Part shown: in pieces, positions 8,932 to 17,068 of the stretch | How the letters are laid out: each line of letters begins with the position of its first letter | How positions within the stretch are numbered: the first letter of the stretch is position 1 | From: an uncultured Ignavibacteriales bacterium | GTDB taxonomy: Bacteria; Zixibacteria; MSB-5A5; GN15; FEB-12 | Assembly (NCBI GenBank): GCA_964557855.1 | Contig: CAZLBP010000016.1 | Location: 41,703 to 81,769 of the forward strand | DNA: 40,067 nucleotides | Reading direction: 5' to 3' | Notes under the pieces: model-generated | The model's input: the letters and a program-made list of their open reading frames with translations, nothing else | What the model was told of the DNA's origin: nothing | Databases searched by the model: none | Made by a program: the position numbers and the translations under genes

Positions 8932-10345
8932 CAAGAGCGGCTTCTACATTGACGTCGGGTGTCCGGGGTGCGGCGGCCGGCTCGAGCTGGAAGAGAACTT
9001 CTTTGTTCTGCCGTGCCGTTACTGCGGTTCCATCCTCAGAATCCGAATGCCCGATTCTCCTCCCGCCTATCTGGTTAAGAGCAAGGTCGACAGATTCAAG
9101 GTCCGCTTTGGCATTGATCGCTATTTGAAAGAGCAGAATCAACCTCTGACCGATTCCGGTACACAATTCAAACAGATATATTATCCCTATTGGAAGATCC
9201 GGGTGATCCTCCTGAAGACCCGTAATCGCATCGAGACCGTTGAGCACGACAATAATGAGTATGGTTCCTATGGCTCCTGCGAATATGGGTCTACCGGAGG
9301 CAGCAGAACGGTTGAAACGAGAAAGACCGAAATATCACTTTCGCCGGCGGAATTCACGTTTCCGGCCGGGGCCGAATTGGCCGGCGTGCCGAGTTCGCTG
9401 GGCAGACGTGTCGAGTACCTGCACGCAGTACCGTTCGGAATTGAAGAAGTAGAAAGTGATTTTCATTCTTTGCCGGTAGGGATATCATGGGAGTCAGTCC
9501 AAAAACGACTTGAGAAATCGATTCGATCTGTCGGCATGCTGGATAACGCTGATTTCGGACGCAACCGGACCGAGTTTTTCTATCCGGTCGGCTCCATAGT
9601 CTACTTCCCCTATGTAATTGCTGAGTCCTACGGGACCGGGTCAGTTCGTCGGTGGATAGTCGACGGCGTTACGGGAAGAGTAGTAAACGGAATGGATCAC
9701 CGTCTCAAAGAAACCGCCGGTCCCCTGCCGGACAACGCCGCCGTCGCATGCGGACAACTTCAAGTGGAGCATCACCGGTGCGGCAATTGTGGGTATGATT
9801 TGCCGGAACGGCAATCGTACATCTATCTCTGTCGACACTGTCACCAACTCATTACCATGGAAGACAGTCCCTGCCTGCAGTCCGAACTCAGAATCACGTC
9901 GAATCGCGGGAATCACGAGGACCGGCTAGTGCCGTTTTGGGTCATTCGGTTTGAGTACGATATCATTCAGTTGTCCGGCAGTTCGCTCGGAAGCTCAACC
10001 AACAGCAATCGGTTGGTCTTACCGGCGTTTCGACTGCGGAATTTCGAATCGGCCTACCGTCTCTCGAGACGCATTTCTTCCGCTCTCGACAAGCTCGACC
10101 TTGAGGATCTGATTCAGCCGGATAGTCGATTAAGCCCGGTGGATATTGGTCCGTCCGAGGCCCTGATTATGGCCGAAGTAGTCTGCGCTCGAGACCGGAT
10201 GAACGTGTCAACTTCTCTTGACTTACCTTCTTTCAAGGATGCGGTGAAGGAGATGAGCATCGCCTATGTGCCCTTCCATCCGGAGCACTACTTCAATGTT
10301 GATTCAGTCCTGGGAGCAGTGACGTTCGAAAAGAGCGCAGGCTGA
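8912..10345 (+). CDS. zinc-ribbon-containing hypothetical protein (two CxxC...CxxC ribbons), translationally coupled to the SPFH gene
   Basis: CPGCGG...CRYCGS near the N-terminus and CGNCGYD...CRHCHQ mid-protein. The start overlaps the upstream stop by ~20 nt. The ATG at 8912 is preferred over 8888. Confidence 0.6.
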   Translation: MSRTPNSKSGFYIDVGCPGCGGRLELEENFFVLPCRYCGSILRIRMPDSPPAYLVKSKVDRFKVRFGIDRYLKEQNQPLTDSGTQFKQIYYPYWKIRVILLKTRNRIETVEHDNNEYGSYGSCEYGSTGGSRTVETRKTEISLSPAEFTFPAGAELAGVPSSLGRRVEYLHAVPFGIEEVESDFHSLPVGISWESVQKRLEKSIRSVGMLDNADFGRNRTEFFYPVGSIVYFPYVIAESYGTGSVRRWIVDGVTGRVVNGMDHRLKETAGPLPDNAAVACGQLQVEHHRCGNCGYDLPERQSYIYLCRHCHQLITMEDSPCLQSELRITSNRGNHEDRLVPFWVIRFEYDIIQLSGSSLGSSTNSNRLVLPAFRLRNFESAYRLSRRISSALDKLDLEDLIQPDSRLSPVDIGPSEALIMAEVVCARDRMNVSTSLDLPSFKDAVKEMSIAYVPFHPEHYFNVDSVLGAVTFEKSAG

Positions 10346-10443
10346 GAGTTCTTATTAATACCCGGGGTGCAACTCTCCCTTCGGTGGTCGCCCACCGCTC
10401 CGGAGGCTGTTTCATAAGTAGTAAATCGGCGTTGAGGCTTGTC

Positions 10444-10554
10444 GACTGTGCCCTCCACGCGTAGGGTGCAGCCTTGCGCCGCACGGACTTACCGGATCGG
10501 CGGGGACGAGCCCCGCCTCTACGCGACACGAAAGTTGAACGAATATCACGTTTT
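10444..10554 (+). repeat. conserved ~110-nt structured repeat, copy A (candidate ncRNA or MITE core); inverted copy at 38246..38356
   Basis: About 85% identity to the reverse complement of 38246..38356. Contains the hairpins gtgcagc-cttgc-gccgcac and ggcgggg-acgag-ccccgcc. Weaker similarity extends ~80 nt further upstream. Confidence 0.6.
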
Positions 10555-10863
10555 GCGACAGCCTCCCCCTTCCTGACCGCTTGGACCGTCCTGAGATTGA
10601 GGGTAATGCTGTTAACAAGAGTTGTTCCATCTTCCGGCGACCGGGAACTTTGTCTGCAAATCGTTGTCTAACAGGTAACCTAAGGAGACCTGTCGCGAAA
10701 AATCTTGCTATCGATTAAAGATTTGTCTATGTTCGGACGATGATTGAGGCCGGGTTGTCCTCGGATCCCGGCTGTCTGAGGCACTGTTGCTGAACAAAAC
10801 GGTGGCCGTGGCTATAAAGACAAAAGCAGAAGCCACGGTCGGTTTTCTGAATCGGAGTAAGAT

Positions 10864-13473
10864 TTGAGTAAAGGCAGTTTTCCGGCCATTGTCGTTGCAA
10901 CCGCACTTCTCCTGCTTTTATCGGGGCCGGTATCGGCCGGGATTGCAGTCAGTTTTGACAATCCCGATACCGTAATAGCCAGCAATACAGTTATCGAGAT
11001 TATTGAACACAACGGTGGCATCTGGATGGCCACCGGCGAAGGCGTCAATTTCACCTTCGACAGCGGCCGCACGTGGCTGTTGTACGACTCATCTAACGGT
11101 TTGATAACGAATGACATTTCGGCACTCTATGCCATTAAAGGCCGCCTTTGGGTGGCTACCGGCCATTCGGAAAATATTGGGGGACAGAGCGTGGGATTCT
11201 CCGATGCGCTGATGTATACCGATAACAACGGACAAACCTGGGGCATTGCCGATTTCGAGGGAATACCCGATGTGATCGGAGGCGACAAACAGATTTTCGA
11301 TATTACGGGTCACTACGACCCGTCGCAGAACGAAGACTGGCTGTTTTTTGCCGCGTTTGCGGGTTCATTCCTGGCGTCACGCGACGGCGGTGTGAGTTGG
11401 CGGCGCATATATTCCTCGGCAGCCGACTCTTTCAGGTATGTTAATGAATCCCAGCCACCGGTGCAGACGCGCTATTTCTCATGTGTCACGGATACCTCAC
11501 ACGGCGATTCACTCTTCGTGTGGACCGGCACGGCCGGTGGTATATTCCAGTACGTGTTTGCTCCACCTGATCAACGTCCCAGCTCTAAATTGATTACTGA
11601 TATAATGTTCTGCAATGAATGCGGTCCGGGGGACAGCAGTCGAGTTTATTTTGGCGGGGCCAATGGCGTGACCCGAGGAACAGCTTCAGGAGGGCCGTTT
11701 ATTTCTCGCTTCCTGGAAGATGGTTTGCCGGGTCTATATATATCGAGGATATTCCCATTCGCCGGCAGAGTGTTCGTGGGTACCAAGACGGATGTGGATG
11801 GTCTCTCGACCGGATTGGCGGTTTCGACCGACGGTGGTGACAGCTACACGGCTCTGAGCGGTTTCACGGACGTGATTGGTCCGGACAGAACGGTCTTCGA
11901 TATGGCCGTCAGGCGAGACCGCATGTACCTGGCCGGTGAAAGAGCGGGTTTGTTCGTATCCCTCGATACCGGAGCCAGCTGGACCCATATTTGGGTCGAC
12001 TCGTCGGACACCAGCGCCGCCAATGCCCGCAATACGGTGCTTGCTCTCGATGTATTTGTGGACACGCTCAGAGTCGGCACCGATTCCGGATTGGTGACGT
12101 TGTACATGGATTCTACAGGTGCTATTGATTCGTCGCGGTACGATGTATTTCCGGAGACGCCCGGTTTCGGCAGCGCTCGAGTGATCGGAGTTCACACGCA
12201 GGTCTTCTATGACTCGACCGGGCCGACATACGATTCCCTGGCTATCTGGACAATCAACCGACCGCTTACTGCCTCGGGCAGCCCCGTGGTGCTTCGTTCC
12301 CGCGAGGCTCCGTTACAGGACGGTGAACAAGATACTCTCTGGCAGGCCTTACAGCCGGAAGTGCTGACAAATGATATCGTGTTTATCGGCGACACCGTGT
12401 GGGCCGTCGGCGAGGCCGGGTTGCGGTTCAGCGATGACGGTTCCAATCCGTCCAAGGTCTTCACGATTAGAGACACGACCAGCCTTGATGAGTTCGACAG
12501 CGAAGAAATAACCGTCATGTCCGTCAGCGGCGACACTGTCATAGTCGGTACGAATCAAGGATTTGCGATCTCCCACGACTGCGGTCAACGGTACAAGATA
12601 TTCAGAGTGAACACGGACACGCTCGCCGCCGATATTGTGATTAATCACACGCGGAATAGTACGTCCGGGCAAATATCGGGAGATTTCATTCCGGCGCTGG
12701 GAGTCCAGTACCTGGAGGATGAGTTGGCGCGTATTTGGGTCTCGGCCCGACCGGCGCTCACAGGAGGGTCGCAGGCTATCTCGACGGGCATCTATCTGCC
12801 GGTCGATTCCGGTGGCAACGTCCTGGAGTCCGAGTCAGACAGCGGTTTCGCTCGCTATGACATCCAATGGGGCTTAGGTTATGACACCGGTTTTGCCTGG
12901 AATTTCGGCTTTAACGGTGACACTGTTTTCGCCGCTTCGGACAACGGCTTGCTCTTCAACTTTGGTGACACCGGGAGGACCTGGGATACAGTCGCACTGG
13001 TCGACGCCGACAACAACGTCCTGGTAGAACCAGACGTGTCCATCTTTGCCGTTGAAGTTGTAGGAAACTCTCTCTGGGTGGGTACCGAACAGGCTACCGT
13101 ACGGGTGGGTCTGGATGACTTTGTGGCCGACAGCACATTCTTCTTTGTTGATCGTGAGAGTGCCTCGGATCTTGTCTATGGTTTCCCTGTGCCGTTCAGT
13201 CATTCAGCCGGCGGTGGCGTCGACTTTCATTTCGTTCTGGATGAGCAGCAACAGGTCACGCTGGAAGTCTACGACGCAGCCATGAACCTGGTCGCGCGGG
13301 TTATAGAAAACCGATCTTTCGGTCCCGGAACGTATCACGGCCGCAATACGGGCGTACCGACCTGGGACGGTCGCAACGGTGCGGGCGATAGGGTAGCCGT
13401 AGGACCCTACTACTTCAAAGTCGAATTATCTTCCGGCGACGTGCGCTGGGGCAAACTGGCGGTGATACCATGA
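10864..13473 (+). CDS. large secreted BNR/Asp-box repeat beta-propeller protein with T9SS-type C-terminal sorting domain
   Basis: Signal peptide. Repeated S/T-x-D-x-G-x-(T/S)-W Asp-box motifs (TDNNGQTW, SRDGGVSW, STDGGDSY, SLDTGASW, GDTGRTW). The C-terminal ~90 aa match the T9SS CTD / FlgD-Ig-like pattern (VTLEVYD...GRNTGVPTWDGRNGAGDRVAVGPYYFKV). TTG start at 10864. Confidence 0.75.
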   Translation: MSKGSFPAIVVATALLLLLSGPVSAGIAVSFDNPDTVIASNTVIEIIEHNGGIWMATGEGVNFTFDSGRTWLLYDSSNGLITNDISALYAIKGRLWVATGHSENIGGQSVGFSDALMYTDNNGQTWGIADFEGIPDVIGGDKQIFDITGHYDPSQNEDWLFFAAFAGSFLASRDGGVSWRRIYSSAADSFRYVNESQPPVQTRYFSCVTDTSHGDSLFVWTGTAGGIFQYVFAPPDQRPSSKLITDIMFCNECGPGDSSRVYFGGANGVTRGTASGGPFISRFLEDGLPGLYISRIFPFAGRVFVGTKTDVDGLSTGLAVSTDGGDSYTALSGFTDVIGPDRTVFDMAVRRDRMYLAGERAGLFVSLDTGASWTHIWVDSSDTSAANARNTVLALDVFVDTLRVGTDSGLVTLYMDSTGAIDSSRYDVFPETPGFGSARVIGVHTQVFYDSTGPTYDSLAIWTINRPLTASGSPVVLRSREAPLQDGEQDTLWQALQPEVLTNDIVFIGDTVWAVGEAGLRFSDDGSNPSKVFTIRDTTSLDEFDSEEITVMSVSGDTVIVGTNQGFAISHDCGQRYKIFRVNTDTLAADIVINHTRNSTSGQISGDFIPALGVQYLEDELARIWVSARPALTGGSQAISTGIYLPVDSGGNVLESESDSGFARYDIQWGLGYDTGFAWNFGFNGDTVFAASDNGLLFNFGDTGRTWDTVALVDADNNVLVEPDVSIFAVEVVGNSLWVGTEQATVRVGLDDFVADSTFFFVDRESASDLVYGFPVPFSHSAGGGVDFHFVLDEQQQVTLEVYDAAMNLVARVIENRSFGPGTYHGRNTGVPTWDGRNGAGDRVAVGPYYFKVELSSGDVRWGKLAVIP

Positions 13474-14471
13474 CAAAGTCCAGGAACCGTTGCAGCATGT
13501 TCTTCATAGTGGCGGTGCTCTTACTTCCGCCAACGATAGCCCTCCGGGCCGCCGACGGTGACGGCGGTCAGCCGGGAGCGTTCTTCCGGATTCCGATCGG
13601 GGCTCGGCCCACGGCTATGGGCGGGGCCTATCTGGCGATCTCCAATGATGGCGCCGCGCCACTCTTTAATCCGGCCGGGGTCGTCTCTCTTAAGAAAAAG
13701 CTCTTCGCTACTTCGTATCGCGCCATGGATCTGGACCGCTCCCTCGGTTATATTACTTTGCTCGTACCGACCAGAGAAGAATCCACAATCGGTATCAACT
13801 GGCACTATTTCGGAGCCGGGGAGATAACGCTGCGCAACAGCGACGGGCGTGAAATTGGCCGGGAAGTCAGTTTCAATAATCACGATATCTCGATCCTTTT
13901 TGCCAAGCGATTCGAGGAGTACCTGTCGCTCGGTTTGCGGGCCGGTTACCTGTACTCGACCTTTGCCGAGATGTCAACCTTCTCCGTGGGAGTGGATGTG
14001 GGAGCCATGATCTATCTCAGCGGCTTCTACAACCGGGAGCGGCGAGATGAAGCCTTCATGCGCGATGTACAAATCGGACTGACGGTCAAAAATCTGGCCG
14101 CCACCTACCGGTGGGACACCGAAAAGTACAACGAGGAAATCGGCGGCGGCGACCTGAGCGTTGAGCAGGAAGATAAGATACCGGTTGAAGTGGGACTCGG
14201 TGTGTCCGCCCGGTTCCTGAAACGGAAGTTGCTGGTGGCAACGGACATTATCAAGAACGAAAAGCAGGATCCTTTCTTTCACGGCGGCGCGGAGTATTTC
14301 ATATCTCCGGAATTCGCCATACGCGGGGGTTATTCCGATGGTCGCTTCACGGCCGGCACGGGGTATGTCTTCACCATCGGCAACCAGGTTCTGGCCATCG
14401 ACTACGCTTTCGCCACCGACAAAGTCGATGAAGGCTCTGAACATATTTTCTCATTTGATTTGTTGTTCTGA
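13470..14471 (+). CDS. outer-membrane beta-barrel protein, PorV/PorQ/FadL-like (T9SS-associated family)
   Basis: Signal peptide, then the family signature GARPTAMGGAYLAISNDGAAPLFNPAG (G-x-R-x-x-AMGGA...NPAG). Ends in aromatic residues (FSFDLLF). 4-nt overlap with the upstream CTD-cargo gene. Confidence 0.65.
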   Translation: MTKSRNRCSMFFIVAVLLLPPTIALRAADGDGGQPGAFFRIPIGARPTAMGGAYLAISNDGAAPLFNPAGVVSLKKKLFATSYRAMDLDRSLGYITLLVPTREESTIGINWHYFGAGEITLRNSDGREIGREVSFNNHDISILFAKRFEEYLSLGLRAGYLYSTFAEMSTFSVGVDVGAMIYLSGFYNRERRDEAFMRDVQIGLTVKNLAATYRWDTEKYNEEIGGGDLSVEQEDKIPVEVGLGVSARFLKRKLLVATDIIKNEKQDPFFHGGAEYFISPEFAIRGGYSDGRFTAGTGYVFTIGNQVLAIDYAFATDKVDEGSEHIFSFDLLF

Positions 14472-14483
14472 AGGTAAACGGTG

Positions 14484-15386
14484 ATGAAACGAACTACTTG
14501 CGGTCTGGTTTTTATGTTCCTCCTGTCGATCGTTGCCAACTCCGCTTACGGTAGTGACGGTCTGTCAATGCTCAAAGTCGAAACCGGGGCCGAACCCTCG
14601 GGCATGGGCGGTGCCGTGGCGGCCGTGACCGGCTCGCCGGATTTGATTGTTTACAACCCGGCCGCAGCAGCCGACTTTAACAAGTTTCATGTCTCATTAG
14701 GGCACACCGCCTACTGGAACGACATTCGCATGGAGAGCGGCCACTTTGCGATGAAAGTATCACGGCGCGTGAACCTCCATGGCGGTATTCGTTATGCCGC
14801 CATCGACGAACTGGAGTTCCGAGGGGAAGTGGCCAGCGAGGAACCGCTGGGCTATTTTGATGCTCACGATATCTCCGCAAAAGCAGGGCTGGCTGTCGAA
14901 CTGACCGACTGGCTCTCAACCGGCTTCTCATTGGGGGCCGTGTCGGAGAAGATCGAGGCCTGGCACGGAGGTACTTTTGCCTTCGATTTCGGTCTACTGG
15001 CGCGAACGACGCAGAACGTGACTGTCGGTGCGGCAATCACTAACCTCGGCTCAGACTTCAGGCTCAGCAAGGCCGACAATACCGAGTCTCGGGACATAGC
15101 ATTGCCCACGACCTACCGGGTCGGGGCGGCGTATCAGTACGGCGAATACCTCGGGGCGGCCGATCTGGTTTATGTCGATGACGAGGCGCACGTTCACGTG
15201 GGCGCCGAAGCGGCGATCGAGGAGATCTTCGAGGTGCGGGCCGGTTACATGTTTAATTACGATATTAAGAACTTCACGGCGGGCGTATCGTTTACACGCT
15301 ACTCCATCAAGATCGATTATGCCTTTGTTCCCTTCGAAAAGGACCTGGGCACGTCGCATATGTTTAACGTGACGTTTAGTCTATAG
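14484..15386 (+). CDS. outer-membrane beta-barrel protein, paralog of the preceding PorV/PorQ/FadL-like gene
   Basis: Signal peptide, then GAEPSGMGGAVAAVTGSPDLIVYNPAA, the same signature as the upstream gene. Tandem duplication. Confidence 0.65.
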   Translation: MKRTTCGLVFMFLLSIVANSAYGSDGLSMLKVETGAEPSGMGGAVAAVTGSPDLIVYNPAAAADFNKFHVSLGHTAYWNDIRMESGHFAMKVSRRVNLHGGIRYAAIDELEFRGEVASEEPLGYFDAHDISAKAGLAVELTDWLSTGFSLGAVSEKIEAWHGGTFAFDFGLLARTTQNVTVGAAITNLGSDFRLSKADNTESRDIALPTTYRVGAAYQYGEYLGAADLVYVDDEAHVHVGAEAAIEEIFEVRAGYMFNYDIKNFTAGVSFTRYSIKIDYAFVPFEKDLGTSHMFNVTFSL

Positions 15387-15439
15387 GAGATAGAACGAGA
15401 GATATTTGGTAACGGGAGACGGTCAGGTGGAGGGATCTT

Positions 15440-15634
15440 CTCACGAAATACGAACGAGCGAATGGATTTGTGAGCAGGTCAATCTCACTTCGGGATTGAC
15501 TTCAGGTGTCAAGTCCGAATGAGCTTGACCTGTGAAACGGTAAACCCACCGCAAGCGGTGGGGCACCGCCGGGCATTTGCCCCCCACATTGAAACGAAAG
15601 ATTAATGAAATAGAGATACAGGAGCAATTGATCA
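15440..15634 (+). promoter_or_regulatory. structured 5' leader upstream of the isocitrate dehydrogenase-like gene (nested hairpins plus a CCCACCGCAAGCGGTGGG stem-loop)
   Basis: Long-range stem caggtcaa(15475)...ttgacctg(15525) enclosing the hairpins tcaatc...gattga and ttgac...gtcaa. A perfect 7-bp hairpin follows at 15545..15562. Confidence 0.4.
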
Positions 15635-16753
15635 ATGGCCAAGTACAAAATCGCATGGTTGCCGGGTGATGGGGTTGGAAACGATGTTATGGAGGCTGCC
15701 AAAATCGTGCTGGACAAGATGCAGTTTGATGCGGAGTACATTCACGGCGACATCGGTTGGGAGTTCTGGCGCACGGAGGCCGACCCGCTGCCCAAGCGAA
15801 CCGTCGAGCTGCTGAAGAAAGTCGACTGTGCGCTCTTTGGCGCCATCACTTCCAAACCGAAAGAAGAAGCCGAACAGGAACTGATACCGGAACTGCAGGG
15901 CAAGGGGCACGTTTATTCGTCGCCCATCGTCCGCCTCCGCCAGGAATTCAATCTCCGTACCAACCTGCGGCCCTGCAAGGCGTACCCGGGCAACCCGCTC
16001 ATCTACAAAGAGGGTATTGATCTCGTCGTTTTTCGAGAAAACACCGAGGACCTGTACAGTGGCGTGGAGTTTTTCCCGCTGCCGGACGAAGTTCGGGAAG
16101 TCGTCAAGAAGCACAACAAGAAGATGGCGCGTTTCGACCCGACCCCAGCCGATGAGATCGCCGTCTCGTTGCGAATCAACACCAGGACCGGCTGCCGGAA
16201 CATCATCACCGACGCCTTTGAGTACGCCAAGAAGCACGGTTACAAGTCCGTAACGGTCGTCGAGAAACCGAATGTCATACGGGAAACCTCGGGTCTGATG
16301 GTGCGCACCGCGCGCGAAGTGGCCAAGAATTATCCGGATATCGAGCTGTGGGAGACCAACATCGACGCCATGTGTATGTGGCTGATCAAAAACCCGATGG
16401 ATTACTCCGTGATAGCTACTTCGAACATGTTTGGCGACATCGTCTCCGACCTGTGCGCGCAACTGGTGGGCGGCCTGGGCTTCGCGGCTTCGGGCAATAT
16501 CGGCGACAATCTGGCGGTGTTCGAACCGACACACGGTTCCGCCCCGAAGTACGCCGGTCAGTACAAAGTCAACCCGATGGCGATGCTGTTGACCACGAAG
16601 ATGATGTTCGATTGGCTGGAGGAGACGGACAAAGCGGCCGCACTGGAAAACGCGATTGCTGAAGTAATCAAAGAGGGCAAAGTCCGCACGTACGACATGG
16701 GCGGCACGAGCACGAGCCTGGAAGTAGCGGAGGCGGTGGCGGCGAAGGTGTGA
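15635..16753 (+). CDS. icd: isocitrate dehydrogenase (NADP-type Icd/IMDH superfamily)
   Basis: THGSAPKYAGQYKVNP closely matches E. coli Icd HGTAPKYAGQDKVNP. The NMFGDIVSDLCAQLVGGLG motif matches N-x-x-GD-x-x-SD of the family. AGGAG RBS 10 nt upstream. Confidence 0.8.
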   Translation: MAKYKIAWLPGDGVGNDVMEAAKIVLDKMQFDAEYIHGDIGWEFWRTEADPLPKRTVELLKKVDCALFGAITSKPKEEAEQELIPELQGKGHVYSSPIVRLRQEFNLRTNLRPCKAYPGNPLIYKEGIDLVVFRENTEDLYSGVEFFPLPDEVREVVKKHNKKMARFDPTPADEIAVSLRINTRTGCRNIITDAFEYAKKHGYKSVTVVEKPNVIRETSGLMVRTAREVAKNYPDIELWETNIDAMCMWLIKNPMDYSVIATSNMFGDIVSDLCAQLVGGLGFAASGNIGDNLAVFEPTHGSAPKYAGQYKVNPMAMLLTTKMMFDWLEETDKAAALENAIAEVIKEGKVRTYDMGGTSTSLEVAEAVAAKV

Positions 16754-16787
16754 CAAGAAGTAAGTCAGAATCACTCGGTGCCGGGTG

Positions 16788-16807
16788 CCCCACCGCTTGC
16801 GGAGGGG
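16788..16807 (+). terminator. hairpin ccccaccgc-ttgc-ggagggg downstream of icd, an inverted copy of the CCACCGC hairpin found upstream of the gene
   Basis: Stem-loop seen directly. It shares the gtgccccaccgcttgcgg core with the reverse complement of 15545..15575. No U-tract, so its function as a terminator is uncertain. Confidence 0.4.
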
Positions 16808-16996
16808 CACCCTGATACTGAGCTTCGGGTATAGCCCATCCCCCCCTCATTAAACTTGCCCCCATTTAATCCCTGTACTATGCTGAGCTGGTCGTTGCCG
16901 TCAGGTGAGGTCACCTGACGGCACACAGAGGGGCAGATGTGGACAACTGCCGCGCGCGAGGATGGACCCCTGCCTTCGCAGGGGTGACAAGAACAA

Positions 16997-17046
16997 TGTC
17001 ATTCCCGCGCAAGCGGGAATCCAGTCAGGACCAGATGGATCCTGAC
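16997..17046. repeat. REP-like double-hairpin element copy 3
   Basis: tgtcattcccgcgcaagcgggaatccagtcaggaccagatggatcctgac has the same two-hairpin architecture as 1..53 and 57..108. Confidence 0.8.
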
Positions 17047-17068
17047 TTACATTTGAAGGAATAGCCGG

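Noticed and set aside
10350-10860. Possibility that the repeat is RNase P RNA, tmRNA, SRP RNA, 6S RNA or a cobalamin riboswitch
   Set aside because: None of the universal motifs are present (GGAAAGTCCGG/P4, tmRNA tag-reading frame, SRP GGAA domain IV, B12 box).
15632-16810. 392-aa minus-strand ORF antisense to icd
   Set aside because: The plus-strand frame carries unambiguous isocitrate dehydrogenase motifs. The antisense ORF is a typical high-GC shadow ORF with no motifs.
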